64,000 nucleotides of DNA, taken from the NCBI RefSeq assembly GCF_009914755.1, contig NC_060930.1, one strand, 5' to 3'. The stretch comes from the human T2T-CHM13v2.0 reference genome, Homo sapiens. This document shows positions 13,421 to 26,400 of this stretch, piece by piece. Numbering within the stretch: the first letter of the stretch is position 1; every line of letters begins with the position of its first letter. The notes beneath the pieces are model-generated. The model searched no databases. It was not told where the DNA came from and saw only the letters and a list, made by a program, of their open reading frames with translations. A program made the position numbers and the translations under genes.

Positions 13421-14859
13421 CAGTCAACCATAGCCACAACTGTGCTCTTCTGCATGGGGGTTCAGCTCCTATTGAGTAATATAGGAAAGGGCTAAGCTGC
13501 AATTTCTCTCCTGCATTACCAACAAATGCCCAGTAGAATTCAGCATTCTTCCTCAAGCACTTAGGGATGCATGAACGCCTGCTAGCAAATATTACAGGGC
13601 AAACAAAATTGTACCCACACATGATAGGAACCTTACATTCTCTGCCAGCACACTGATATCTCTTATAAGAGGTGGGTGATTTGGTTCTCCTCTAAGATGG
13701 TGAAGCCTGTCTGTATTTCTTTAAATCTTGGTGAGAGGCAGCATGGCGGTGTTGAGATCGAAGCCCAAAGAGGTGTAGCAGAATTTGAACAACATGGTTT
13801 GTGAGGCAGTAGCCTCCATTTCTCTTCTATCAACTCTTGATTTGAAAGAAGTGTTGTTGGGAGTGGCAAGATGGAGGATGAAAATCTCAACCCAACAGCT
13901 GTATGTAGTGAGACTTTAGTCTAGCTTCCCTTATCTGGGAGTGGCTTCTTTACTTCCTTACTGTACGTTCCCGTATCTTTCTCCACTATAATGCTGGCTA
14001 TATAATGTTTGCTGTCTTGTGGAAGAGAACAGATTATTCGAAGGTAATGATGAAGTGTAAAAGAATGGGATGAGTGAAAGAGAAATGAAGAACAGTGATG
14101 CAGTGATGATTCATTCACTCATTTCCTACTACAACAAATATACATATATATATTTGATACCTATTACATATGTATATATCAGGTGTCTACTAGCAACATG
14201 GAGTCATGTTCCGGGGATTGGAGATGCATCAGTGAACAAAACAAAATTCCTGCTATTTGAGACCGACCTTGAGGAAAGACAGAAAATACATAAGGGTGCT
14301 TTGTTGTAGGAGTTGAGTTGGAGGGATCTGGGAGATGATCAAGGAAAAAGATGTGAGCACAGGGGGCAGTAACATACAACATGCTTTACTGAATGGCTCT
14401 TGGATGGGGTTGCATGAAAGAGGATGTCTCTCCTAGTGAGACCATCCAGAGGTTTAGGGCAAGGGGGCCACTGTTTAGAAGGGGAGAAGAGCAAACAGAA
14501 AATCAAGAGAGAGGGGGATTAGAAAGGGGGCTTAGAGGATCTAAGTGATGTCACTCAGCAGTACAGCAGAGAGTCTGGGTCAGAGAGCTCAGAAGGGCCA
14601 CAGTGTTCAGGGCCTTATAAGTACAAGGCCCCATCTGATCAATGAGCAACAGCTGTTGGGTGAGGCCTCATAGGGTACGTAAAGTAGGCAGGCTCCAGAT
14701 GGCTAAAAATCTGCTTGTTTGTGCTATTTTTTAAATAACTGGATGTGTAAAAATTTGCATTTGGCATCAGCAGGCTTTTGAGCTGACAATTTAACCTGCA
14801 GTGAGGAAATAAACAAGGTAGGGTTCAATACACAGAATCAGTCTTTGGTTCATGAACAT

Positions 14860-15450
14860 AACCTAGGTGCTAAGGAGAGGGAGCAGGGTAGGAAGGCAAA
14901 GTAGGGCAGGAGAGGGGCTCTGCTTTTGATGCATTGTCTGAAAAGGCCTTCGTTGTAAGAGGACATCTGAGCAGAGACATGCATGAAGAAAGAGATTGAA
15001 TGCCCTGCATGATACCTGGGAGAAAAAAGTTTCTGGTGCTTTTGTTTTGTTCTGAGGAGCCACTACAAGGCCAATGAGATAAGAGTGGAGTAAGCCAGGT
15101 AGACTGTGGTGGGGATGAGGCTATGTTCTGTAGGGCCATGCAGCTGCATACAATAAGGCCTCCATTTTGAGTGATCGGGGCACTGTTGGAAAGAGGAGAG
15201 ACAGATTACACTTTGGTTTTAAAGGTGCTCCAGAATGCCACAAGAACAGATGTTACCCATGGAAGGAACAGTGGTGGCATGGACAGAGTGGAAAGTGGCG
15301 AAGGTGATGAGGAGTCAAACTCTGAAAGCTTTTCAGGAATAGAGCTCACAGAATATGTGAGGAATTGAATGTGAGGTGGGAGAAGAAGGGTGAAGGAGGC
15401 AAGGATAACCAGGATGTTTGGCCCACGAGGCCTTTACTGGCTACATTTAA
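14860..15450 (-). mobile_element. L2 fragment
   Basis: Purine-rich L2 antisense text; boundaries approximate. Confidence 0.6.
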
Positions 15451-15457
15451 GTGATCA

Positions 15458-15879
15458 TGATATAATGTGGTGGCTATTTGTCCCCACCCAAATCTAATAT
15501 TGAATTGTAATCCCCAGTGTTGGTGATAGGGCCCGGTGGGAAGTGCTTGGATCATGGGGGAGGATCCCTCATGAATGGCTTGGGCCATCCCCTTGGTGGT
15601 AAGTGAACTCCCACTCTGAGTTCATAGGAGATCTGGTGGTTTACAAGTATGTGGCACCTCTTTCCACGTGCTCCCTGTCTTGCTCCTGCCGCTGCCATGT
15701 GAGACACCTTCTTCCCTTTCACCTCCCACCATGATTGTAAGCTTCCTGAGGCCTTCCCAGAAGCAGATGACAGCATCATGCCTCCTGTACAGCCTGTAGA
15801 ACTGCGAGCCAATTAAAACTCCTAGAAATTACCCAGTCTCAGGTATTTCTTTAGATCAGTACAAGAATGGCCTAACACA
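15458..15879 (+). mobile_element. MSTB-type MaLR LTR
   Basis: ccccacccaaatcta...ccctcatgaatggcttgggccatcccc...gaatggcctaacaca. Confidence 0.88.
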
Positions 15880-15959
15880 GATAGGTAATATAGTGCCAGA
15901 AGTATGGATTTTATACATTTAGACCTCCAGGGAGGTGTCTGTGGAGGCAGAATCATGTG

Positions 15960-16170
15960 AACAAATGCACAGACTGTGGAGCAGGTGTGGGAGTTGGAGG
16001 CTGGCTCCTCCACTTCATAGCTGTGTGACCTTGGGCACCTTCCTTGACTTCCTATATCTGTAAAATGGAGGAGCAGTAATTTGTGGAGATATGAAGGTGA
16101 ACAAATTTGTAATGAATGTATAAAGTGCTTAGTACAGTGCCTGGCACATGCTAAGTACCCAGTAGATGTA
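15960..16170 (+). mobile_element. MIR
   Basis: gctgtgtgaccttgggca...tctgtaaaatgg...aaagtgcttagtacagtgcctggcaca. Confidence 0.8.
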
Positions 16171-17218
16171 CCTGTACTTATTACGATTGGTGTTCAAGGA
16201 GCCTCAGAGATAGGAATGGTTATTGTCAAGGGACAGATGGAGGGACAATTTCAAGTGAAGTGAATGAGCTCATTTTGGTTTTCAAGTACCCCTAAGAAAA
16301 CATTCTTCTTTGGCAGGACTGGCTACATAAGTTGTGGGGCCCACTGCAAAAAAAAAAAAAAATGCAGAGAGCCTCCTGCTAAAAAAGTCTTTCAAAGTAA
16401 CACCCACAGAGCGTTACACCAAGCACAGGACCATTCAATGCCAACGCCCTGTTCATCAGAGAGTGCTTCAACTCTATCTTCCTCTAAGTAGGTCTCCACT
16501 AGGGGCCTCTAGGGGCCTATGACCACCAGTTCTAGACCAGAGTGGAGTCAGTGGCACAATTCTGTCGTGCACTAGCTTCACAGCCTACTGTGTCATCCCA
16601 CTCTGACTCAGAGGCCTTCTGTTGTGGCTCTTATGACCACTTGAAAAAGTGGCTTCCTTCCCTCTATGATCTCAAATAAAATGAAATCCTTCTAAATATA
16701 TGTTCTAAGCTAATAGAAAGACAAAAAGAAGTAAATGAAAGCATCATTCCCTTGAGAAGATAATCTGAGGTGTACACACAGGATAGACAGTTATATCTTC
16801 CTTACCATTTGGATAGGACCTGATACATTTGAAAATGCTTCCATAAGCAGGAGTCCTGGGAGATACATGATCTTTTAGAGAACACAGAAGTTCAAAATGT
16901 TGACATGGTTTTTTTTAAATCGTTGCATTAGTGACATTACCAGAATTGGACACCTCGTCCCCTTGACTTCTGGTTCTGCATTTTTAAACCAGTGTGCAAG
17001 TTTGATAGAATCTAGAAGTGATGTCAGTGTCTCAACTAGGGCTCATGTGGAAGATATTAATTTAAAAGTTAACTTTCTTTTGGATAAAGAGGAGTGGAAA
17101 GTTGACCTTTATTTTCTTTTGAATGTGAAAGGCAATTCCATAATAGTAAGTTTTGCTGTATTTTTGTCTGTGTAGTATCTTGTTTGAAATGCGGGTGCCT
17201 TGAGATATTGCACTGGGG

Positions 17219-17268
<50 letters not shown>

Positions 17269-17357
17269 TTCTCCCTCCCTACATCCCACCCCCTCTCTCT
17301 TTCTCTCTTCCCTTCCTCCTTTCCTTCCTTCTTTCCATACACCCATCCTTCCTTCCT
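17219..17357. repeat. (CT)n / (CCTT)n polypyrimidine tract
   Basis: Directly visible. Confidence 0.95.
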
Positions 17358-17429
17358 ACAAATGCCTAGCATATGCTATGCATGTAAATGTATTCAGTAA
17401 GTCATTTTGGGCATGGAGCCATAGTTTTA

Positions 17430-17636
17430 GCTAGAGATGCTTTTGCCTCCAGGGGACACTTCGCAATGTCTGGACTTATTTTTGGTTGTCACAGTTGGGG
17501 AAAAGAAAATGCTAATATCATCTAGAGGGTAGAGACCAAGTATGCTGCTAAACATCTTACAGTGTTCACCATAGCCCTCCATAACAAAAAACTGTATGGC
17601 CACAAATGTCAATAGTGCTGAGGTTGAGAAACACTG
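17430..17636. mobile_element. MER20 (hAT-Charlie)
   Basis: ccaggggacactt..caatgtctgga..atttttggttgtcaca...aatgtcaatagtgctgaggttgagaaacactg. Confidence 0.85.
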
Positions 17637-18940
17637 CTGCAGAGGAAGAGGAGAAAAACAACATGAAATCAACGATCAAGATTCCATATCCCTGATTAAA
17701 AACAGACTAGTTAAAAATAATCCCCAGCATCTGTCCATTTTCTGTTTTGGGACATGGTTCAAATTAGAAGGGCCAAATTAGAAATGATCCTCTGCAAAGG
17801 GACTGTTGCCGACAGTATCAGAGATGGCAGCAGAGCCACAGCCGAGGGCCACTCATTGCATGAGGTGAGGGAGGAGTGACTGGATGGTACAATGCTGTTT
17901 GTTCCTTTCTGTAGGACTGGTTAATTATTTACCTTGAATAAATGAGTTGAATTCATTTCAAATCAAGTCACTTTTTAAGTTGGCATCTTCTCTAGGGAAG
18001 CCAAGATAAGGATCATTCTTCTAGGCAGGGCAAGGTAAGGCTCATCCTTTGAGCATCCCTCATTCCACATAGAATAGGGAGTGCTCCTGTTCCTGAAGCT
18101 CCCAGGGTATCTTGCCACAGCTAAAGGAAAACATTAGAAAATCAGCTGTTGCAATTTCAAAGTCAGAAAAGGTCACGAGATGTGTACAGCTTTCACGCTT
18201 GTTTTGGATTCAGGGATGTTTGTTTCTTCCTGCCTGCTCTGTATAAGTCCGGACACTGCCACCAAGGCAATCCATGGCTTGGGTTCTAGCTTAAGTTCTG
18301 AATGAAGAGATCTCATATGTGCACAAATTACAATAATAAGCAGTACAGTAAATTCACTTTTCCTACAAAAAGAAGAAACATAAACATGAATTATTAACAG
18401 TAGTATCATGATTAAAGGAATTTACATTTCTGGGCATACAAATAGTAACTAACTCTTCATCATTCTCAACTACTATTTACTGGTGTTTGCAATTAACATT
18501 CATTTTATTTGTGTCCAAAGGAAGGGGGGGAAATAGGTGAAGAGAAGAAGAGAAAGGCATAGAAGAGAAAGGAGGGAAAACTTCATGATGACACAGATTC
18601 ACATGAAAACAATACAAGATGATTTATCCAAGCAGATGTTTCCCTAATGGCTAGTTTTTTTAATTTCTTTGAGATGTACATTCCTATGTAATTATTTTAA
18701 GATTAAAGATTTAAATTAAGATGAATATGAAATTAAGATTAAATTACTGGAAGAGGAATGGCTGCATCAACTAATTAGCTCAGTTTGAATTTTGATATAT
18801 ATTTTTAGATTGCCCTCCGTATGTGGTGTCCCAGTTTAAAACCCTATCTGCTGAGAACACAGGAAACTACCTGTTTCTCTATCTATGACAATAACAGTTT
18901 TTATCCAACTTTAAAATCTTTGTACTGATTGGTATAAATA

Positions 18941-19020
18941 TTAGGTTGGTGCAAAAGTAACTGCAGTTTTTGCCATTACTTTTAATGGGGAAAACCACAA
19001 TTACTTTTGTGCCAATTTAA
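18941..19020. mobile_element. MADE1 (Hsmar1 MITE)
   Basis: 80-bp palindromic element ttaggttggtgcaaaagtaa...ttacttttgtgccaatttaa with TA TSD. Confidence 0.92.
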
Positions 19021-19559
19021 TACTAGCTCATATTGTTGCTGTTTGCATATCTTTATTTTCTTCTGATATAACTATTGCCCATACGCATTTCTTCTTTTAT
19101 GAATTACCTTTTAATGTCCTTTGTCCACTTTTTCCTGTGTTATCTTCTCTGATTTGAAAGTACTCTTCATCTCATAGGGATTGTATTGATTTCTCCTTTT
19201 ATGTAAGCTTTAATTATTTTTTCCTCAAGCCATAGACTTATTAATGATACTTTAGATGTGCAACAAAGTTGTATTATATATGCACTTGTTCCTATTCCTT
19301 TTGCTTTCCTATATGTTATCAATAACCTGTTAGAAAGCATAATGGAATATTGGCTACTTTCTCCCTTATTTGTTCATATATTCATTCCAGAAGTAGATGG
19401 CAAGCTTTCTGCGAGTCAAGGAAAATATGAGATACTGGGAATATAATGATGAGCAAAACCGACTATATCCTCACCTTGTGGAGCTTAAAATCCATCCACA
19501 GAGCAACCACCACCACCACAATAATAATAACTTAAACAACAGAAAATCATGAGAAAGAA

Positions 19560-21330
19560 ATAAAAATGAAATGTGCAAGATCTTTATAAAGCAAATCCTA
19601 ACATTCAGCTGTAGTACATAAAGAACAGACTGCATAAATGGAGATAATTCTATACTCCTGGAAAGGAATAGTTACTCTTATAAGATGTTAATTCTATATC
19701 GGAGCCATTATAAAATAATTTAAAAATGATCTATAAGAATAAATATATGAAAATATCTAAGAAAAGTTTCACAGAAAAGAGTAATAGCAAATTTGCTCTG
19801 TGAAGTATAAAAGATTATAATTCCTCAGTACTTAAAATGATTGGAAAGAGAATTATTAAATAAATGGTATTAGGTCAACTGGTTAATTATCATGAGAAAA
19901 AGCTAAAATAGAACATTACACTTTATGCCAAATTATATTCTTGAAATATTTAAGATTTTTAATGTATAAATTATAAAAGTACTGGAAGAAAATATAACAG
20001 AATACAAATGTGTTTTAAGAAGCAAGGAAGGATTAAAAGTATAATATTGAAGACAGGAAGAACAAAATCTACTGTGTAAAAGTTTGACCACATTCATATG
20101 TGGAATAAAGATATGCGAATGAAAACAATATGAGCTATTATTTGTACCAATCAGATTGGAAAAGATTGCAACAAAAATATCAAATAAAAGTAGAAATATA
20201 GAAAACTCATGTATGTGTATGTAGTGAGGTGGAATGGGAGTTTGCAATAACTCTAATATATAAAACATTCTTTATAATTGTAAGAAAAAAGACAAATTCC
20301 TCATAGGAAAATGGGCAAAGGCTAAGGATGGGGGATTCAATAAAAAATAAATACTTTGGTAATAATAAAAGACATGCAAACAGTCTGGCAAAGATTAAAA
20401 GGCACAGTGTTGAGTCTGTGGGAAAGGTGCACTCATATGTCCACCACTGAAGTGATTCTAAATTAGGTTAGTCTTTTGGAGAAATACAGCTAGGGTAGTC
20501 TTATAAGGACTGAGGTTTATGCCAGGTGAAAGCAAGAAACATTTATTGTCCCACAAGTTCCGTGGGTCAGGAATCTGGGTGTAGCCTAGTTGTGTCCTTG
20601 GGCTTAGGGTCTTTTGCAAGGCTGCAGTCAAGAAGTTGGTGAGGGCCACAGTCATCTGAAAGCTCATCTAGAGGAAGCTCTACTTCCCAGCTCCCTGCCG
20701 GGACTGGTAGCAGGTCTCCATCCATACATTTGAGGGCATAAATACCAGGAGGGAGGATCACTAGGGTCCATTTTAGAGGCTGCTAACCCCAGGGGATAAT
20801 TCAACAATTTGTATCAAAAGCATACAAAATAGTGTGCATTTTTTGATATATCAGTTCCCATTTTCTGCTTTATCCCAAGTAAAGAACTGAACAAATGCAC
20901 AAAGATAGGAATGCAAGCATTTTTAAGATGGATGGCATACAATAGAATAAAATGAGAACAGCCTAATGTCAATAGTCTAGTTTCAATAAATTAGGTTATA
21001 GCTATACAACAGAACAACATACAGTGATTAAAAGTTATATAGGTGTGTACATAGCAATAGAGAAAGATGTGGTTGAAATACTCCTGAATTTAAAAATTAA
21101 ATTAAAAATAATGTTCAAAATGTATACATTTTATAAAGTAGGAAATATATAGAAAAAATCTAGAATGACAGACTCACAAATATTAATGATTATTTCTTTG
21201 AAGTGATAGGAATGTACATGTTTTAAGATATTCTTTATTCTGCTTAATCCAGGCAATCTACATTTTCTACAATGAACGTATGATATTGTATAGCAAAAAT
21301 GAGGCAATACTTGTCATGAAAAGTAAAAAG
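19560..21330 (+). mobile_element. Very old L1M fragments with an MLT1 piece at about 20530-20790 on the minus strand
   Basis: A-rich decayed ORF2 and 3' UTR text; gggtcaggaatctggg...ggctgcagtcaag MLT1 block. Confidence 0.6.
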
Positions 21331-23550
21331 AAAAACAACAACCCCCTGGCTTTGACTTGCTAATAGTCATGCTGCACTGCTTCTGCTTTCAGCAGCATTG
21401 GAAAGTCCTGTCCTCCCACTACCCGCCTTCATCCCCCAATGTCCTGAGGTCTTGCCCAGCTGCCTGACCATGGCATGGCAGGATCCATCAAGTTCAAGAC
21501 CCAGGCCATTCTCCCTTCCCCTGGGGAAGATTCCTCCTGAGCCTTTCCCAAGGCCTCAGTCACCATCGGGACTATACTAGGCCTGCATCCTAGAGAAGGA
21601 AGATTGTTATTGTTTTCCAGGTATAGATGAAAAGCACCAGTAAGCACCTCGCTAACAAGCGTGAAAGGTGGAAGCTGGAGACAACACCACAGCTCTCCGG
21701 TGCCTTCCTCTGTCTCCTTAGATTCTTGTGTGATGCTGACTCTTTCCTGTTCTATCAAGATGAGTTCTGCAAGTGAGAGATAGCACTAATTTTTCACTGT
21801 CACCACTCTTTTGAAATTTTAAACACATTATTTTTGTCTTTGGAACACAAAGCTCTTGTTTTCTATTAGCAAATGAGAACTAAAATAAATTACATTAAGC
21901 TATGCTGTCAAAAGTCCTTTCTGCAAGATTATTTCCACTGAAACATTTAATTGGGCATGGTTTATGCATTGATAATAATCAATATATTCATTCCCCAGTG
22001 AACTCAGAATCAAATTCCTCTGTTTGAAGGAATCATTTATGTGTATTTTGTAGGTTCATTAAATAGAACAAGTGAAACCCATAGCTGCACAGTATTACCA
22101 ACATACTTCACTGAATAAATTGATTCCTTTATTGACTGATGTACTAATTAAATTCATGTGCTATAAAGTGATACAGAAAATAGTTTCATTCTTTTTTCAA
22201 TGAAATTCTTTCTTCTCAGTTTTAGAAATTAAAACTGGAAAATGTTTATATTTAAGTCAAAGTGCTTTCAAAACTAATCCTAGGGAGAAAGAGAATTCTG
22301 AATGTGGCAGGTTGTTGGAAATGTGGAGTTATTCCCTGCTAGGCCTTTCTTATGCTCCAGCCCCCAACCCTTTTATCTGATTCTGAAACTGCCTTAGACA
22401 TAATTGGGTTTCTTAAGACCTGTTTCTCTCACTGGACACGTTTGTGAACAAAGAGGACTGAACTGGGAAAATAATTAATTTTAATGAGAGAGACACTGGG
22501 GAAGTGTGAGTGGCTTCCTCTGTTTTCTTTGATCTAAAATAATGAATGTTCATGCAGCAAATAGAGCAGAAAGATTATAAGCATCTAGTCCTAAACAGAA
22601 GTGACATGTTTATACAATCTACTGAAATCTCTTTTTACAAACCATACTCACAGCTGAGTTTGTCCAATCATGACAGAACATCCTGGACCTCTGTATTTTT
22701 AATCTTAGTTTGTACAAACTAAGTTGTACAAAATATGCATCATCAAAGGTACACAAGGTTGGGCCCAGTTTCTTCTAGCTCTTCATGCCACAGATGTAGA
22801 ATTTTCTCCTTTTGGTGTGTAGGGCTTCTTTTCTTTTCTTTTTCTTCAGTTTTTATATGAAAAATATCCTACCTGCATTTTATTCTGACATGTGAAAGGG
22901 CTGTGAGCTTCTCTAAGGTGAAGGCAATACCATGTTCATAATCGAATCTCAGCATCTCTCACAGTGCTGTTTTCTGTGGGCTCAGTAAATCTTTGTTGAA
23001 ATGACTGAACGAATGTGTGAATCACTGGTAAGCCTACCCTGAAGTGCAGCCACTGTGTACATTTTTCTTTCTATAATTCCAGTCTTTTATAAGCATGAGT
23101 GTTTGTATTTCTTGCGAGAGGCTGCAAAATATTTACAAGCAAACCCTGACATCTTAGTGGCTCAAGGTTTTTTTTCTTTGATGTATAAATTTAAGGTCAC
23201 TTTGGGCGAGGTGGCTATCTAGGCAGCTCTCCTCCACGTAGTGGTCCAGGGACCTAGGATGCTTCCATCCTGAGGCTGATGAGGTGAGAGTAGTCTCGAT
23301 TACTGAGAGAGACCTTCAGCCCCTAGGTACAGGGGCAGGGTTGCAAAATGAACCAAAGAAAAGACAAATATCTATAATAGAGAGAGGAGGAGAAAGACTA
23401 CACTAGTTTAAAATATTGCCTGGGGATAGCTGTCTTTTTAGAAACTGGGGTCAAGGAGTGTTTTCCAATTCCAGAAAATAGTATGTTCTTAAAAGCCAAG
23501 GAAAAAGAAGAAAGAGGTAGAGAGATGTTTGAAATGTGCACGGTCATGTA

Positions 23551-23650
23551 AGAACAGGTTAACAGATAACTATCTGGTTAGAGTTTTCTAGACTGTTGGC
23601 AGAACAGGTTAACAGACAACTATCTGGTTAGAGTTTTCTAGACTGTTGGC
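23551..23650. repeat. 50-bp tandem duplication (2 copies, 1 mismatch)
   Basis: agaacaggttaacaga(t/c)aactatctggttagagttttctagactgttggc twice. Confidence 0.97.
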
Positions 23651-24464
23651 ATACACTGCTGATTTTAAGTGGAGGTAGCTGAGACTCGCGGGTGGGGGTG
23701 GGAGTGAAGCAAAGAGGAAGGTTGGGTGGGTGACCCACGCCCATTAACTGAACCAATAACTGCAATTTATTTTTCTGGTTCCTGGTTCATTGGTTCCTGG
23801 AACACATTTACCGTTACTTCCTGAAACCACATTTCATTGAACAAAAGCCCCATACAACATTTTGCCTGAATATTCTCAACTAAGCCTTTATGCCCTTTCC
23901 AGTTTTATACAACATGTTAGTAGAATTTCTCTGACCTTGCTAATAGTGAAACGAAAAGTTCAATCATATCATCTCTCTGGCCTAGAACTTAATTTTCTCC
24001 TTCAACTAAGGGAAATCCAACCAAATGGTGTCTTTTATTATTGACTGATCATAGTTTTAATCTCACTGAAGAAGCTAAATTTCAGATATTCCTTTTTATG
24101 TCAATAAACTAGACTTATTTTATTGTTTTTCATAAAAAATTTTATATAATTATTAAATTCAAAAAATGTAACAACATTTCAGATAAATTTTGGTATTTGT
24201 TTTACCTTTGCCTTCTTTTATGGCAAGCAATTTTGATTTTGCATATAGAGCTATAATTTATTCTTTAACTTTTTTTATAATAAACTTAAAACAGGATCAG
24301 TTAAAATATTTAATAAGAGTGTGGATGGCACACAGATTGGTAAAAATTCATGAAATTGTAGTTTAAATAAGTAATGTCTGAGAAGTACTGATTTAGCCAC
24401 CTCAAGAGCCCATTTCTAGGATCCTTAAGGCTGGATATGCACCTTCCACTGGCAAGGTAACAGA

Positions 24465-24640
24465 AGGTGAATCTCAACCATGGCTGTACCTAGAACCCTG
24501 GGGAACTTTCTAAAATGCTGATGACTAGACTCCACTTTAGACTGATTAAATCAGAATATCTGAGTGTGAGGCCCCAGGAATGGGTATTTTTTTAAAGCTT
24601 CCAAGATGATTGTTACATGAAGCCAGGGTTGGAAACCACT
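24465..24640. mobile_element. MER5A-type hAT MITE
   Basis: gactgattaaatcagaatatctg...tttttaaagcttccaagatgatt...ggaaaccact. Confidence 0.7.
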
Positions 24641-25104
24641 AATACTAGATGTCGTCAATTCCCTTCAAAACGAGCTTCAAGACTAACTTTTGAAACCTCT
24701 CTCTCTATATATACATATGTATATATTCTAAGTTAAGTATACAGTGAAGCTAATAGACTAGTAGGCAAAGAGGAAATTACCTATCTGTACATTTGATTTT
24801 GACAACCATTTGACATCTTGTTCTAGGCCATCCCACCCTGCTCAAGCCAAGCTGCCTCCACCCCACAAAGATGCCCTCCTCATCCCAGCCAACCTCTGTA
24901 ATCTCACTGGGTGCTGTGTAATGAAGAATGGTAGCAGTAATAATAACAAGCTTCCATTTATTGAGCTCTTACTGTGTACTATCTTTTGCTGCAATGCATC
25001 AATGAATATTAAGGTACATACAATATTTTGCACAAATGGAAGTATATGTCTGTAGGAAGAAACCTTCATATGTAACTTCCTTATAAAAGAGGAATTTGTA
25101 TGTG

Positions 25105-26400
25105 CATTTTTTTAGCTTTTCATTTTGAAACAACCTCAAACTTAGAGAAAAGCTGCAAGAATAGTGCAAAGAATTTTTTCCCTGAACTGTATGAAAGTGA
25201 ATTGCTGACATGATGCCTCAGCCTCCAAATACTTTATTGTATATTTCCTATGAACAAGGACATTCTTCTATATGACCACAGATACAGCCATCAAAATCAG
25301 GAAATTAACACTGATACATTGTTTATCTTAGATTCTATACAAATGTCACCAATTGTCCCAAACATCCTTTACAGCAAAAGGAGCCAGTCCAGAATCACAT
25401 GTTGCATTTAGTTTTCTCTTTAGTTTTGTTTACTCTGGAAGAGGACCTCAGGCTTTCCTTGACTTCTATGACCTTGATGCTTTGAAGATTACAGGTCAGT
25501 TATTTGGTAGAATGTCTCCCGGTTGGGGTTAGTCTGAGGTTTCCTCATGGTTAGCACTTTTACAACATTACAGAAGCCTCACTGCAGTCTTCTCTTTACA
25601 TCCTATTACATCATGCATGATGTCAATTTGTCCTATTAATGAGGGTGTTAACTTTGCTTAATTAGGGGGTTGATGAGTCTTCTATACTGTATACTGACTC
25701 TTTTGCCCCTGATAATTAATAAGAATTTTGTAGGAAGGTATTTTGAAACCATGTATCTATCCCATTCCTCTTCACTCTTTTGATTCATTCATTTATTCAT
25801 TCATTCATTTATATTATTATGAATTAATGAATTCTTAGTTTATTCAATAGGCTATAATCCATTAGTATCATTACTTATTTTGATGCTCAGATTATCCCAG
25901 ACTTGGTCAATAAGAGCCCATTCAGGCTGGCTTTGATTTTGGACGTATGCACATCATTCTTTGAGCACTTCCTGGTTTTCTTGCATAACGAGACGTTCAG
26001 GTTTGGCTTTTGCTTTTCCTGCCTCTGCCCTGATATCAGCCATTTACCCTAGGGTCTTTGGTTCCTTTTAGTGCATAAAAGTAATTTGGGCATGAAGTGT
26101 GCTCATTGATATTGAGGTGTTTCTGTTCCTAGGCCTTCTCAGTCAACCAAGCTAGCAACCTAACATACACACACACACACACACACGTACATGCATACAC
26201 ATATATACTTTACATCATACTTATGTCTACAACTATCTCTGCATACTAAAAACCATGAGTTCATATTAATATCCCCAATTCCAATCCAACATCACGAGGT
26301 TCATTCTAGTCTTCTCCCTTTTCATGTCTGTAACTCCATTCTCCAACAGTGAGAATACTGTCTCATGTTATCCTAAATATATTTACTAATTTGATCAAAA
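25105..26400 (-). mobile_element. L1MC4/5-type 3' UTR containing a (CA)n run at about 26168-26186
   Basis: tttgaaacaacctcaaacttagagaaaagctgcaagaatagt...; atcaaaatcaggaaattaaca. Confidence 0.75.
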
